From Dictyostelium discoideum (lineage: Eukaryota), in the NCBI GenBank assembly GCA_000004695.1, contig CM000151.3, forward strand, positions 2,688,001 through 2,752,000: a DNA stretch of 64,000 nucleotides, read 5' to 3'. The notes below the pieces were generated by a model that worked only from the letters and a program-made list of their open reading frames with translations, had not been told where the DNA came from and searched no databases. Shown piece after piece: positions 37,011-50,883 of the stretch (positions are counted from its first letter, which is position 1; each line of letters opens with the position of its first letter). The position numbers were made by a program, and so were the translations under genes.

Positions 37011-39011
37011 TTAACATTATTATATAAATCCTTGATTTTATAAAAGATTTCAACATCACAAACATTATCTGGTAATTCATAATTTATATCATTTAAATAT
37101 TTAGAAATGATTTGTCTTTGAATTTTACCAGCTTTGGTTTTCGGTATTTGTGTAACTATTAAAGTTTTTCTTAAAATTGCAAAATTTTCTATATCTTTTG
37201 AAATGATTATATTAATTTCAGATTGTAATTTATTTAAATCAATTTGTTGAATTGATTGATCTTCTTGTTGTTTTAAAACTAAAAAAGCTATTGGTACATT
37301 ATAACAATCTGGATTATAAATACCTATTGAACAACATTCTAAAACTAATGGATGTTTTAAAATTGATGTTTCAATTTTATTTAATTGAACTTTATTACCA
37401 CTGATTTTAATTTGATCATCTGATCTTGAAACAACACCATAACAATTATTTTCATCTTTAAATCCTAAATCACCAGGGTTATAGTAACCTGGGAATTTTG
37501 TAAATAATTGTTTAAACTTTTCATCATTTTTATAAAATGTAGTTGCAAAACTTGGTGGTAATGGTAATTTAAATACAAGCTCTCCAATTTCATTAACACC
37601 TAATTCTTTGCCATCATCTGAAAAAATCATTGCTTTTAAAGATGAAAATGGAAAGCCACTTGTGTTAATAGGAATTTTTAAATTTTTATAATCATAACAA
37701 TAAAAATAACATGCTCCAGTTTCAGTTTGACCGTATACACGAATTGACTTTACTTTTAATTTCTCTTGAATATAATTTGGAATTGATTCTTCAATTGGTT
37801 CTCCACCAACTATTATTTCTTTTAAATTTGATAAATCATACTTTGAATGTAAATTTTTACATTCAGGATCAACTTTAATTAAGTATCTAATTGCTTTAGC
37901 CATTATGGATGCACAAGTTACTTTATTTCTTTCAATAACTTCCCAAATATCATCTTCCATATGTTTTGTTTTAGTAAGCCCACCTTCAAACATAACCAAT
38001 GTATATCCAAGTGATAATAAACCATTAAAAGCATTATGAATTGATATCCACCCAACACTTGTATGATAAAATACTACTTTTGTTTTACCCTTTTGTATCA
38101 ATGTTTGATATTTAATACCAACTAAATGTGGACCATTACTTCTAACAGCCCCTTTAGAATTACCAGTTGTACCACTTGTATATAGTATATATAATGGATG
38201 ACTTGATTCTACTGGTACATATTCATAAAATGGTAATTGATTATTTTCTTTGAATTTTTTAATTTCATCATACCAACTTAATGTATTTGGTATCGTTGGT
38301 ATATCATTTACTTTCTTTAAATCTGATTCGCTTGTAATATCATTTCTAAATAAAGTAATTACATTACTTGGTTTAAAAGTTGATAATTCAATTGATTCTT
38401 TTAAATTTGGTATGAAATTAATAATTTCATCATTAAAAATACCATAATTTGTTGTAATTATTAATTTTGGTGTAATTGTTTCAATTCTATCTATTAAACT
38501 TTTAACTGAATAACCATCGAATAACACACAATGAGTTGCACCAATACGAGCACATGATAACATTGCAATTAATGGTTCTAATGTATTTGACATATAAATT
38601 AAAACATTATCATTTTTTGATATATTTAAATTTAAAAGTACTCTTGAAAATTCACATACTTTTTCATATAATTGATAATAAGTTAATTTTACAGTTTTCT
38701 TTAAATATGGACATTCATAAATTAATGCATCTTGATCTCTTGTTTCTGGATTTTTAATATGAATATCTAAAACATTATAACATGTATTTAATTCACCACC
38801 TTTAAACCAATCTGGATATATTTCATCATCACTATAAACTTTTTCATACATTTTATCCCTTTTATTTTTAAATTATTAGTTTTTTGTCAAGACAATTTAG
38901 AAAAATAAAAAAAACTTACCAATGAACTAAATCCTTTGCAACTTCATCCCAAAATTCTATTGGTTGGTTATTTGCAAAATCAATATCATTTTCATAATTA
39001 AACTTATACAT
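37007..39011 (-). CDS. ACSS3/PrpE-like acyl-CoA synthetase paralog D; exons 39011..38920 and 38858..37007
   Basis: Exon 1 encodes MYKFNYENDIDFANNQPIEFWDEVAKDLVHW followed by GTAAGT. Exon 2 is a 614-aa intact ORF and the closest relative of pseudogene C. Confidence 0.85.
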
Positions 39012-39454
39012 TTTTATAAGGTAATATATGTATTATTAAATAAAATGATATTAAAATAAAACAAATAATAGTTTTATATAAAAAAAGTTTAAAAAAAATA
39101 ATAACTAAATAATAAAATAAAATAAATAATAAAAGTAAAAAAAAAAAAGGTGGAAAACAATTATTAAATCTGGTGTAGATTTATAACCACTATTAACTGC
39201 GATATACAATATTAATTAATTTATTTTTAATTTTTTTTTATTATTATTATCTTTATTTAAATTTTGAACCAATCAGATAAAATAAAAAATAAATTAAAAA
39301 ATAAGGATAATTACAAATTGTGGGGGTGTATAACATATAATTTAAATTTTTTTATTTTATTATTACTAACTATTATTATTATTTATTATTATTATTTATT
39401 ATTATTATTATTTATTATTATTATTATTTATTATTATTATTATTATTAATTTAA

Positions 39455-40390
<936 letters not shown>

Positions 40391-40829
40391 GTTTGAATAT
40401 TTATTTGTTGTAATTAATTCATCCCTATAATAATGTTGTCACCTAGGATTGTATATATAAATAACTTTAAAGACTAGTTTTTTTTTTTTTTTTTTTAGCA
40501 CGTTTTTATTTTAATTTTTTTTTTTTTTTTTATTTTTATTTTAATTTATTTTATTTTTAATTTTATTATTTTTCGATTTTATTTTAATTTTTTTCTTCTT
40601 TTGTTTTTCGGGATTCGTTTGACCTAAAAAAAAGTCGTAAAGAATGTTTTGGAATATTTTTAGGTTTGAAAAAAAAAATAAATAAAATAAAATAAAATAA
40701 ATTAATTATCCATATCTTCATCTTTATCTGTTTTTTCAAATTTTATTTTTATTTTTCATTTTTTTTTTTTTTATTTAAATTCATTTTAATGCAAATAAAA
40801 AATAAAAATAGTGGTGTTTTAAAACGCTA

Positions 40830-40863
<34 letters not shown>

Positions 40864-40892
40864 TTTATTTATTTAAAATTTGTTTTAAATTT

Positions 40893-41486
40893 TTAAACAT
40901 TACAATAGTAAAAAGTTGGATCATTTTTTGAACATTCATTTGGACTAAACCATCCATAACCAGTTGGAACAGTATTACAAACACTTGTGGAATTGTAAAT
41001 ATTTTTATATGGAATTGAAGAATTACAAGTTAATTCAAAAGCACCTTTATAATTTTGAATACATTGATTCAAGTATTCATAACCAATTAAACCAATATCA
41101 TCTTTCCAACTTGGATCATTTTCACATTTACCATTTGTAACTACACTGACTAATGTATTTTCAGGAATTTCGAAATCATCAACACATGAATAAACTACAT
41201 TCTCAAATGCACATGTACCACTGGCATTTGTAATATTACCTGTTTTTGCACCTTTACAACCACTATTAGTACCAAAAACATTTTGTGTAATCACTGTTCC
41301 ATCTTCGTTACATTCGATATTAGTATTACCATCTACGCACCATCCATTTAATTGATAAACAATTTCATAGGGTTGCAATGAACAATTGTCATCATATAAA
41401 TTATGGACTTCAATTTTTGTATATTTAAATCCAAAAACATATGTTGTAACCATTAAACAAATAAAAATTAAAATAAAAAATTTCAT
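40893..41486 (-). CDS. Hypothetical secreted Cys-rich protein, 197 aa
   Basis: Signal peptide MKFFILIFICLMVTTYVFG, about 16 Cys, and several N-glycosylation sequons. No family was recognised. Confidence 0.55.
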   Translation of the reverse strand: MKFFILIFICLMVTTYVFGFKYTKIEVHNLYDDNCSLQPYEIVYQLNGWCVDGNTNIECNEDGTVITQNVFGTNSGCKGAKTGNITNASGTCAFENVVYSCVDDFEIPENTLVSVVTNGKCENDPSWKDDIGLIGYEYLNQCIQNYKGAFELTCNSSIPYKNIYNSTSVCNTVPTGYGWFSPNECSKNDPTFYYCNV

Positions 41487-41840
41487 TTTTAACCTTTCTC
41501 CTTTTTTTTAAATAATAATTATAATTATTATTATTATTTTTATAATGCATTAGATAAACAAATATTTTTTTTTTTTTTTTTTTTTTCAAAAATTTGTTTA
41601 TTTTATCCAATATTTTTAGGTTTGGTAAGGTGGAAAAAAAAAAGTATTTTTTCACTTTTTTTTTTCCGGCAACCCCTCTAAGACGAAAAAACTTAATGCC
41701 CAAAAAACTCGTGCATTTGAAAAAAAAAAAAAAGTATCTAAAAAGTTGGCAGGTCGGATATAAAATTTCCAGCACTAAAGCGGCGAAAAGTAAGGTTTAT
41801 GATGTGCTTGTTGTCAGTCGGTCACGGTACCCAATTACTT

Positions 41841-41877
<37 letters not shown>

Positions 41878-41905
41878 CCAGAATTATGAGTAGCTAAAAA
41901 AAAAA

Positions 41906-42409
41906 TTAAATTTGTTGTAAATAAATTTCATTATTACTACTTGTGTTATTATATTTAAAATTTGATTTAAATTGAAGTGATTTTAAATTGCCAGTTGGTA
42001 TGTCAGTAGCGTCAATAACAATTTGATTATTACTCTTTTGAATTATTGATTTCAATAAAATATCCTTTGTTCCATCACTATAAATTAATTTCAATGTATT
42101 TATAGAAATAAAACATAAATTTTCACCAACAATTGTAATCAATTCATTTTTTTTATTACTTTTGTTAATTGAAACACTTTTAATAATAGGAATTAAATCT
42201 ACCATTGGTTTTACTTTATTTGATATTATTGTTGTTGTTGTTGTTGAATTTTTTAATACTTTTGATGTTATTAATTCATAAATCAAAATATCTCTATAAG
42301 TTGATAATTTATGAAATAGAATTTTTGAGAAATTTTCATGATTAAATTTAAAAAATTCATTTAATTCATTTAAATCATTTTTATGGCATAATGATTTTAT
42401 AAAACTATA

Positions 42410-42492
<83 letters not shown>

Positions 42493-43354
42493 CAATATAT
42501 AAATCATGTTGAATGATATGATATAAACCAATTACTGAATTTAAATCTGCCATAAAATTAAATTTTGAATTTAAACTAGATTTTGAAGATTCTGATAATG
42601 TTTGATAAAATGAATTTATAATTCCATCAATTTTAATTCTATCAAATTCAAATAACCAACAAATTGTATTCTTTGCAATTGATAACATATTATTATTAAC
42701 AAAATTATTTAAACCTTGCAATTTTGGTATTGGATCATTTCTATGAATAATTGAATGAAATATATTATAATTTAAAATTTGATTATCTTCTAATGTTTTT
42801 AATAAATCAGTATTTCCAATTAATGGTGACCCAAATGTAATACATAGAATTTGTGAATTTTTTAAAATGGTTTCAAGTTTATTTTTTGATATTTGTAAAA
42901 TTATAGATATTGTTAAAATTTGTGATACTGATCCACCTAAACTATGTCCTGAGAATATTACATTATCACCATTCTCTAACCATTGAATTATAATTTGAAT
43001 TGGAAATCCTATTGTCCTTTTAAGAAATCCTTTATGATATGTACCTTGTTTTTCTTTAAATTCTTTAATACTATTTAAATCGGTTGTAATATCACTAAAA
43101 TTAAATTCTGTACCTCTAAATGATACATAATAGGTATTCCTTCTTTTAAATTCACTATTATTATTAATATCTTTTTCACGATATCCAATTATAAAAACTT
43201 GACCACTACATTCAATCTCACCTCTAATTACTCTTTCAATATCATGAGTTTCAAAATTTTCATTAAATTTTTTAATTATTGTTGAATCATCTTTTTCATA
43301 ACAAAAATCTGATAAATTTAAAGAGTTTAAAATTTCATCTTTGTAATATGACAT
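41906..43354 (-). CDS. Class-3 (fungal-type) lipase domain protein, 482 aa
   Basis: Lipase_3 signature: ..YVSFRGTEFNFSDITTDL.. followed by the nucleophile-elbow VIFSGHSLGGSVSQ (GHSLG). An internal poly-Asn tract (about 30 N) is encoded by (AAT)n at 42410..42500. Confidence 0.75.
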
Positions 43355-43739
43355 TTATTTATTTTATTTATTTTTTTTTTTTTTATTTTTTTTTTTTTAT
43401 CTTTATTTTTTATTTTTAATGAGATAATAATAAAAAAAAAAACATAATAAGAAATTAAAAAACTTTAAAAAAAGTGATTAATTAAGTGATCTTGATTAAA
43501 AATTAAAAATTAAAAAAAGTTGTAATAAAAATAAGTGGTTTTGACTCAAAGCGAGAAAAAAAAAATTAAAAAAAAAAAAAAATTAAAAAAAAAATAAGGG
43601 TGGATGTAAAATTTTCATCATTAAGTGAAAAATATCTTGTGGTCTCTTTTTTTTATATGCGAATAACCTTAAAAAGTTTAAAAACGAAATTTATTTTTTC
43701 TCAATTTGATAAATATTTTTAGTTTAATTCTCTGATTTA

Positions 43740-43830
<91 letters not shown>

Positions 43831-44162
43831 GTCATTATAATTTTTATTATTTTTTAAAAAAAAAAAAAAAACTACAAAGGAGGTTGATTGGATATTCTAA
43901 AAATCACTAATAATAGTCAGAATTTCTATCATCACTTTTTTTTTTTTAATTCAATTTCACTGAACCAATTTTTGGACTGTGGTTTAGTCGAGATTTTATT
44001 TTTTTTTTTTCAAAAAAAAAAACTAATCAATTTTAATCCAAATTATTGATATTAATTTAATACCATTTGTTTATTTTTTATTTTATTTATTTTTATTTTT
44101 TATTTTTGTTTTTGGAATAGCTCCCCCGATAACTAATTTCACATTAAAGAATCTTGTTTGTG

Positions 44163-44197
<35 letters not shown>

Positions 44198-44470
44198 ATT
44201 TTAAAAGGTTACAATTTAGATAAGAAAATGATAAAAAAGATTTTTAAATCTATAGCTTTTGATTTATATAGTTAAAAGTCTAAAAAGAATAATATTAGTT
44301 CAATTAATTTTTTTTTTTTTTTTTTAACAAAATGATTACAATAAAATTATTAAAATAATAATAAAAGATAATAAGTTTTTTTTTTTATTTTTTTTTTTAG
44401 TATAAATACTGGACTTTTTTTGAAAAAAAAAATCATAAACAAAAATCATTTAATTATTAAAATAAAAAAA

Positions 44471-45230
44471 ATGAAATTACTCAAATCATTATTATTCCTT
44501 GCATCAGTTTTATTTATTTCTTCTCAAGCAGAAAAAAAAGGTAAAAATTTTAATTTTGTAAAATTAAAAAAAAAAAAAATATATTAAGATTTATTTTATT
44601 TTATTTTTTAAAATATGTATAGTTACTGGTGAATTAACATTTTATGCTGCTGGTGATAATTGTCCACCAAGTGGTGAAATTGCATATCCAGGATTACATT
44701 CTAGTGCAGGTGGTTTAGGTACATATGCTAATCCAATCACAGTTGCAGCATCAACTGCATGGTTATCAGCTGGTAAGAAAGTATATGTAGCAGCTTATAA
44801 GAAATATTTCATTATGGAAGATTCATGTGAAGAATGTGAAAATGAATGGGACAGTAATGGAAAATATCATATGGATGCTTGGATTGGTCCAAGTACTATT
44901 CATTCTGGTACTACCAATTGTGAGGTTGCTTTAACACTTTCATCAACCCAATTTATCATTGATCCACTTTCAACCTATGCCGTTGATACAACCGCTTTCT
45001 TTAATGGCACCACTGGAGCATGTTTAAAAACACCTGATAATTGTGTTGATCAAGGTAATGAATGTGGTAACACTTGTCAAATTCCATCAAGTATGTCTTG
45101 TTCATCTGCTGCTTCAATGTTCCTTTTAAGTGAAACTCGTTTCAAAGCTTTAAATCCAAACCTTGATTGTACTAAAAATATTGCAAAAGGTAAATCTGTT
45201 TGTCAATCTGGTTCTTGTGGTGGTCCATAA
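44471..45230 (+). CDS. Small secreted protein with a 3D/DPBB-like (lytic-transglycosylase-like) core and a C-terminal LysM-like Cys-containing module; exons 44471..44540 and 44623..45230
   Basis: Exon 1 is a signal peptide (MKLLKSLLFLASVLFISSQAEKK) ending at the donor GTAAAA. Exon 2 encodes LTFYAAGDNCPPSGE..VAAS..LSAGKKVYVAAYKKYFIMEDSCEECE..HMDAWIG, a pattern of conserved acidic residues resembling 3D/RlpA-like domains. The C-terminus (MFLLSETRFKALNPNLDCTKNIAKGKSVCQSGSC) fits a LysM-like consensus. The domain calls come from remembered consensus patterns, not from a search. Confidence 0.5.
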
Positions 45231-45818
45231 ATTCCTCTTATTTTAATTTTAAATAATTTATCCAAACTTCCAAAAAAAATTAAAAAAAAAAAATAAAAAA
45301 GCTTTTCATCCGAATCTTGTTTGCACTAATAATATTACAAAAGGGTTAATGACCAATCTGGTTATTATTTTTATTTTCACTTTTTTTTTTATTATTTTTT
45401 TTTAAAAAGCCATTTTTTTATTTGAAAATAAAAACACCTCAAATTCCGAAAAGACAAAAAACAGGTCATTAAAAAAAAAAAAAAAAAACTGATTTTTTTT
45501 TTTTTTAAAGACGAAAATATATTATGTTGGTAATAGTTATTAAAAAAAAAGTTTCAACATCAAAAAACACCTAAATTTTTATTTTTGGTGCCCAAATAAA
45601 AAATAACTAAAAAAAAAAAAAAAAATTGTTTGAAGTTTATTATTTTATTAATAAATTAAAGAACAATGTTAAAAATATATAAATAATATAATAAATTCAT
45701 TTGTTTTTTTTGTTTTTTTTTCTTTAAACCTTTTATTAAAAAAAAAAAAAAAAAAAAAAAAATGAATTCAAATATATCATCATTTAATTGAATAATACAA
45801 TAATAATAATAAAAAAAA

Positions 45819-48217
45819 ATGAATAGATTAAGTGAACCATTTAATTATGACAAAGACTTCAGCTTTTCAAATAACCAACCAATAGAATTTTGGGATGAAG
45901 TTGCTAAGAATTTCGTTCATTGGTTTGTATTCAGTAACAATTTTATAATTTTTAAAAGTATTTTTAAATAAAATAATTTTTTAACACATACAATTTAAAA
46001 TTTTAAATAATAATAAAAAAAAAGGGATAGAATGTATGATAAAGTTTATAGTGGTGATGAAATTTATCCAGATTGGTTTAAAGGTGGTGAATTAAATACA
46101 TGTTATAACGTTTTAGATATTCATATTAAAAATCCTGCAAAAAGAGATCAAGATGCATTAATTTATGAATGTCCATTTTTAAAGAAAACAATTAAACTAA
46201 CATACTATCAATTATATGAAAAAGTATGTGAATTTTCAAGAGCACTTTTAAATTTAAATGTTTCAAAAAATGATAACGTTATAATTTATATGGCAAATAC
46301 AGTTGAAGCACCAATTGCAATGTTATCATGTGCTCGTATTGGTGCAACTTATTGTACATTATTTGATGGTTATTCAGTTAAAAGTTTAATAGATCGAATT
46401 GAAACAATTACACCAAAATTGATTATCACAACAAATTATGGTATTTCAAATGATGAAATTATTACATTTACACCAAATTTAAAAGAAGCAATTGAACAAT
46501 CAAATTTTAAACCAAATCATATAATTATACATAATAGAGATGATGGTGATTATAATGCAAATTTAACTTTAAAAACAATAATTGAAACAATACCAACGAT
46601 ACCAAATACATTAAGTTGGTATGATGAAATTAAAAAATTCAAAGAAAATAATCAATCACCATTTTATGATTATATACCAGTAGATTCAAGTCATCCATTA
46701 TATATTCTATATACAAGTGGTACAACTGGTAACGCTAAAGCAGTTGTAAGAAGTAATGGTCCACATTTAGTTGGTGTTAAATATACATGTAGATGTATGT
46801 TTTTAAATGATGAAGTTAATAATAATAATACTAATTCAGATTTAATTAAATTCTTTTCACATTCAAGTATTGGTTGGGTAACATTTCATGGTTTTCTATA
46901 TTCATTATTATCAACAGGGAATATTTTTATAATGTTTGAAGGTGGAATTTGTGAATTAAATCAAATCAAGTATCAACTTTGGAAAGTTATTGAAAAACAT
47001 AAGGTAAACAAATTTTTTATTGGTCCTAAATCAATTAGACTTTTAATTAAAGATGACCCAAATGCAGAGTTTATATTATCAAATTATAATTTATCAAGTT
47101 TAAATACAATTTTAGTTGGTGCTGATGTAGTTGAAAAATCAGTTGCAAATTATATTGAAAACAAATTAAAAAAATCTGCTTCAAATATATATGGTCAAAC
47201 TGAAACTGGTAATATATATTTATTTGATTTTAAAAAATCAAACAGATCCAATGTTAGCAGTAATAGTAACAGTAGTGGTAGTGGTAGTGGTAGTGGTAGT
47301 GGTAGTGGTAGTGGTAGTGGTAGTGGTAGTGGTAGTGGTTGTGGTAGTGGTAGTGGTAGTGGTAGTGGTAGTGGTAGTGGTAGTGGTAGTAGTAGTGGTA
47401 GAGGTAATATAATGGTAATTGGTCAGCCAACTCCTTCTTTAAAATCATTCATACTCTCTGAAGAAGAAGAAGAGGAAGTTTGTTATAATAATAGTGATGT
47501 TGGTGGTGGTAATAGTGTTTGTAGTGGTAGTAGTAGTGGTAGTGATAGTGGTACGAGTAGTGGTAAAAAATCATTAAATAAAAATGAAATTGGAGAGTTG
47601 GTATTTAAATTACCTTTACCACCTGGATTTGCATTAACCTTTTATAAAAATAATGAACAATTTAAAAAATTATTCAAAACAAATTTATTGAATATGGAAA
47701 AAGGTTATTATTATTTTTCAGGTGATTTGGCATTTAAAGACCAAGATAATAATTTTACAATCGTTTCAAGATCAGATGATCAAATAAAAATTAAATCAAA
47801 TAAAGTACAATTAAATACAATTGAAATTTCAGTTTTAAAACATCCATTGGTTTTAGAATGTTGTTGTATTGGTATTAAAGATGTAGAATTCTTGACTGTA
47901 CCAATTGGTATTCTAATATTAAATAATCAAAATAATCAAAATAATCAAAATAATCAAAATAATCAAAATAATAATCCAATTGAATTAAAAGAATTAGAAA
48001 AAGAAATAAATATGATAATTTCAAATGATATTGATAATCATCAATATTAAGAAGAATAATAGTTGTTAAGAAAATACCAAAGACAAAAAGTGGAAAAAAT
48101 ACAAGATCAATATTATCAAAATTATTAAATGATATCAATTTTGTTTTGCCAAGTAATATTAATGACTATGAATTATTTTTAGAAATTAAAGAATCTTTTA
48201 TAAATAAAACAGTTTGA
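45819..48217 (+). CDS. ACSS3-like paralog E, divergent, with low-complexity insertions and an apparent -1 frameshift near the C-terminus (possible pseudogene); exons 45819..45922 and about 46024..48050, with a frameshifted tail to 48217
   Basis: Exon 1 encodes MNRLSEPFNYDKDFSFSNNQPIEFWDEVAKNFVHW and ends at the donor GTTTGT. Exon 2 retains YTSGTTGNAKAVV and GQTETG, but carries insertions: (SG)n of about 40 residues, an E-rich/Cys stretch, and an (NQN)n run. The motif region is altered (YYFSGDLAFKD, KIKSNKV). After ..NDIDN the conserved C-terminus (IIVVKKIPKTKSGKNTRSILSKLLND..) continues only in the +2 frame. The displayed ATG sits at 46031, while the ORF track starts at 46032. Confidence 0.6.
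47275..47400 (+). repeat. (AGTGGT)n hexanucleotide coding repeat, about 20 copies, encoding (SG)n
   Basis: Direct reading 'agtggtagtggtagtggt...'. It causes the V-rich and HY-rich artefact ORFs 47191..47412 and 47254..47448 in other frames. Confidence 0.9.
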
Positions 48218-48455
48218 ATTTTTGGGTATGTGTTTGTTTTTTTTTTTCAATTAAAATTATTATTAAATTATTATTTCTATTTCTGTATTTTTCAGTGTAT
48301 GTGGGTGTCAGTGGTTATTATTCAGACTTTTTTTATATTTGTTTTGTAAATAGTAATAATAATAATAATTATTGGATCAATTAATGATACTATAAAATTT
48401 ATTAGTTATTTTTAATTTTATTTTATTAATATCACATATCATTTTTTTTATTATT

Positions 48456-48487
<32 letters not shown>

Positions 48488-48551
48488 CTTTCTTCTTCCA
48501 TATTCAATAGTTTTTTTTTTTTTTATTATTATTAATACTTATATTAAAAGA

Positions 48552-50602
48552 ATGTATAGACTAAGCGAACCATTTGATTATTTAAATGATAAAACTTATG
48601 CAAATAATGAGCCAGAAGCTTTTTGGGATGAAGTTGCAAAGAAATTAATTAAATGGTAATTATTTGTTTATTTTTTTTTATATATTAATAATTACTAATT
48701 AAAATAACAATTTTTTTTTTTAAAATAAAATAAAAAAGGGATAAAATGTATGATAAAGTTTATAGTGGTGATGAAATGTATCCAGATTGGTTTAAAGGTG
48801 GTGAATTAAATACATGTTATAATGTTTTAGATAGACAAGTTCAAAATCCATTAAAAAGAGATCAAGATGCTTTAATTTATGAATGTCCATATTTAAAGAA
48901 AACTGTTAAATTAACATATTATCAATTATATGAAAAAGTATGTGAATTTTCAAGAGTACTTTTAAATTTAAATATTTCAAAAAATGATAATGTTTTAATT
49001 TATATGGCAAATACATTGGAGCCTTTAATTGCAATGTTATCATGTGCTCGTATTGGTGCAACTCATTGCACAATATTCGATGGTTATTCGGTTAAAAGTT
49101 TAATAGATAGAATTGAAACAATTACACCAAAATTAATAATTACAACAAACTATGGTATATTAAATGATGAAATCATTACATTTACACCAAATTTAAAAGA
49201 TGCAATTGAACAATCAACTTTTAAACCAAGTAATGTAATTACTTTATTTAGAAATGATATTACAAGCGAATCAGATTTAAAGAAAGTAAAAGATATACCA
49301 ACGATACCAAATACATTAAGTTGGTATGATGAAATTAAAAAATTCAAGGAAAATAATCAATCACCATTTTATGAATATGTTCCAGTAGAATCAAGTCATC
49401 CATTATACATAATATATACAAGTGGTACAACTGGAAATTCTAAAGCAGTTGTAAGAAGTAATGGTTCACATATGGTTTGTTTGAATTACTTTAACCGATA
49501 TATTTCAGAAAATAATCAAAGTACAACATTATTGACAACTTCAAGTGTTGGATGGGTATCATTTCATGGTTTCCTATATGGTATGTTGTCATTTGGATCT
49601 ACATTTGTAATGTATGAAGGTGGTATTATAAAAAATAAACATATTGAAGTTGACCTTTGGAATACCATTGAAAAACATAAAGTAACACATGCATTATCAT
49701 TGGCAAGCGCTATTAGATACCTTATTAAAACTGATCCTGAAGGAACAATCCTTCGTTCAAAGTATGATTTATCAAATTTAAAAGAAATATGGATTGGTGG
49801 TGAACCAATTGAAGAATCAATTTCAGAATACATTGAACAAAAGTTAAAAATAAAATCAACAAGGGGATATGGTCAAACTGAAATTGGTATAACTTATTTA
49901 TATTGTTTTGGTCATATTAATATCCCATACTACGCAACTGGTTTACCATCAATTTTCATTAGACCATCAATATTTTCAGACGATGGTAAAGAATTAGGTG
50001 TTAACGAAATTGGTGAAATCGCATTCAAATTACCAATGCCACCAAGTTTTGCAACTACATTTTATAAAAATGATGAAAAGTTTAAACAATTATTTTCAAA
50101 ATTTCCAGGTTACTACAATCCTGGTGATTTAGGTTTTAAAGATGAAAATGGATTTTATACAATTGTTTCAAGATCAGATGATCAAATTAAAATCAGTGGT
50201 AATAAAGTTCAATTAAATACAATTGAAACATCAATACTAAAACATCCATCAGTTTTAGAATGTTGTTCAATTGGTATTAACGATCCAACTTGTTATAGTG
50301 TACCAATAGCCTTATTAGTTTTAAAACAACAACAACAACAGCAACAAGATCAGTCAACTCGACAAATAGATTTAAATAAATTACACTCTGAAATTAATAA
50401 TATCATTACACAAGATATTGCATCATTAGCAGTCTTAAGAAAAATTGTAATTGTTAATCAATTACCAAAAACAAAAACTGGTAAAATTCCAAGACCAATT
50501 ATATCAAAGTTTTTAAATGATTCAAATTTTCTATTACCCGATAACATCAGTAATGTTGAAATATTTTATGAAATCAAAGAATTATATACGAAAATTAATT
50601 AG
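48552..50602 (+). CDS. ACSS3/PrpE-like acyl-CoA synthetase paralog F; exons 48552..48655 and 48739..50602
   Basis: Exon 1 encodes MYRLSEPFDYLNDKTYANNEPEAFWDEVAKKLIKW followed by GTAATT. Exon 2 is a 618-aa intact ORF with all AMP-binding motifs and a short Q-rich insertion (KQQQQQQQDQS). Confidence 0.85.
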
Positions 50603-50730
50603 TCTTTATAAAAAACAAGTTTTTTTTTTTTAAAACCATTTATTGTTTTTTTTTTTTTATTTGTGTTTAAAATTTTTTTATTTTTTTAATTTTTTTTAAA
50701 ATCTTGTTTTTTTTATTATTAAACAGCTCA

Positions 50731-50774
50731 AAAGTGTTTGTAGTTATTTGTTTTTTTTTTTCAACACCCCAATT
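50731..50774 (+). promoter_or_regulatory. Conserved upstream element of paralog G: 'AAAGTGTTTGTAGTTATTTGTTTTTT..CAACACCCCAATT' (about 150 bp 5' of the ATG)
   Basis: Near-identical blocks lie at 53323..53360 upstream of H and at 55284..55328 upstream of I. A degenerate version sits at about 48210..48245 upstream of F. Each has a GT-rich half followed by ACACCCC(C)A. Confidence 0.35.
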
Positions 50775-50883
50775 TTTTTTTTTTTTTTTTTTTTTTTTTC
50801 AAATCTTGTTTTATTTTATTTATTATTTTTAATTGTTTTTTATTACAATTATATAAATTATTCATTTAATTTTAACCTAAAAT

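Noticed and set aside
47191-47448. poly-Val ORF (47191..47412,+) and HY-repeat ORF (47254..47448,-)
   Set aside because: They are alternate-frame and antisense translations of the (AGTGGT)n hexanucleotide repeat in paralog E.
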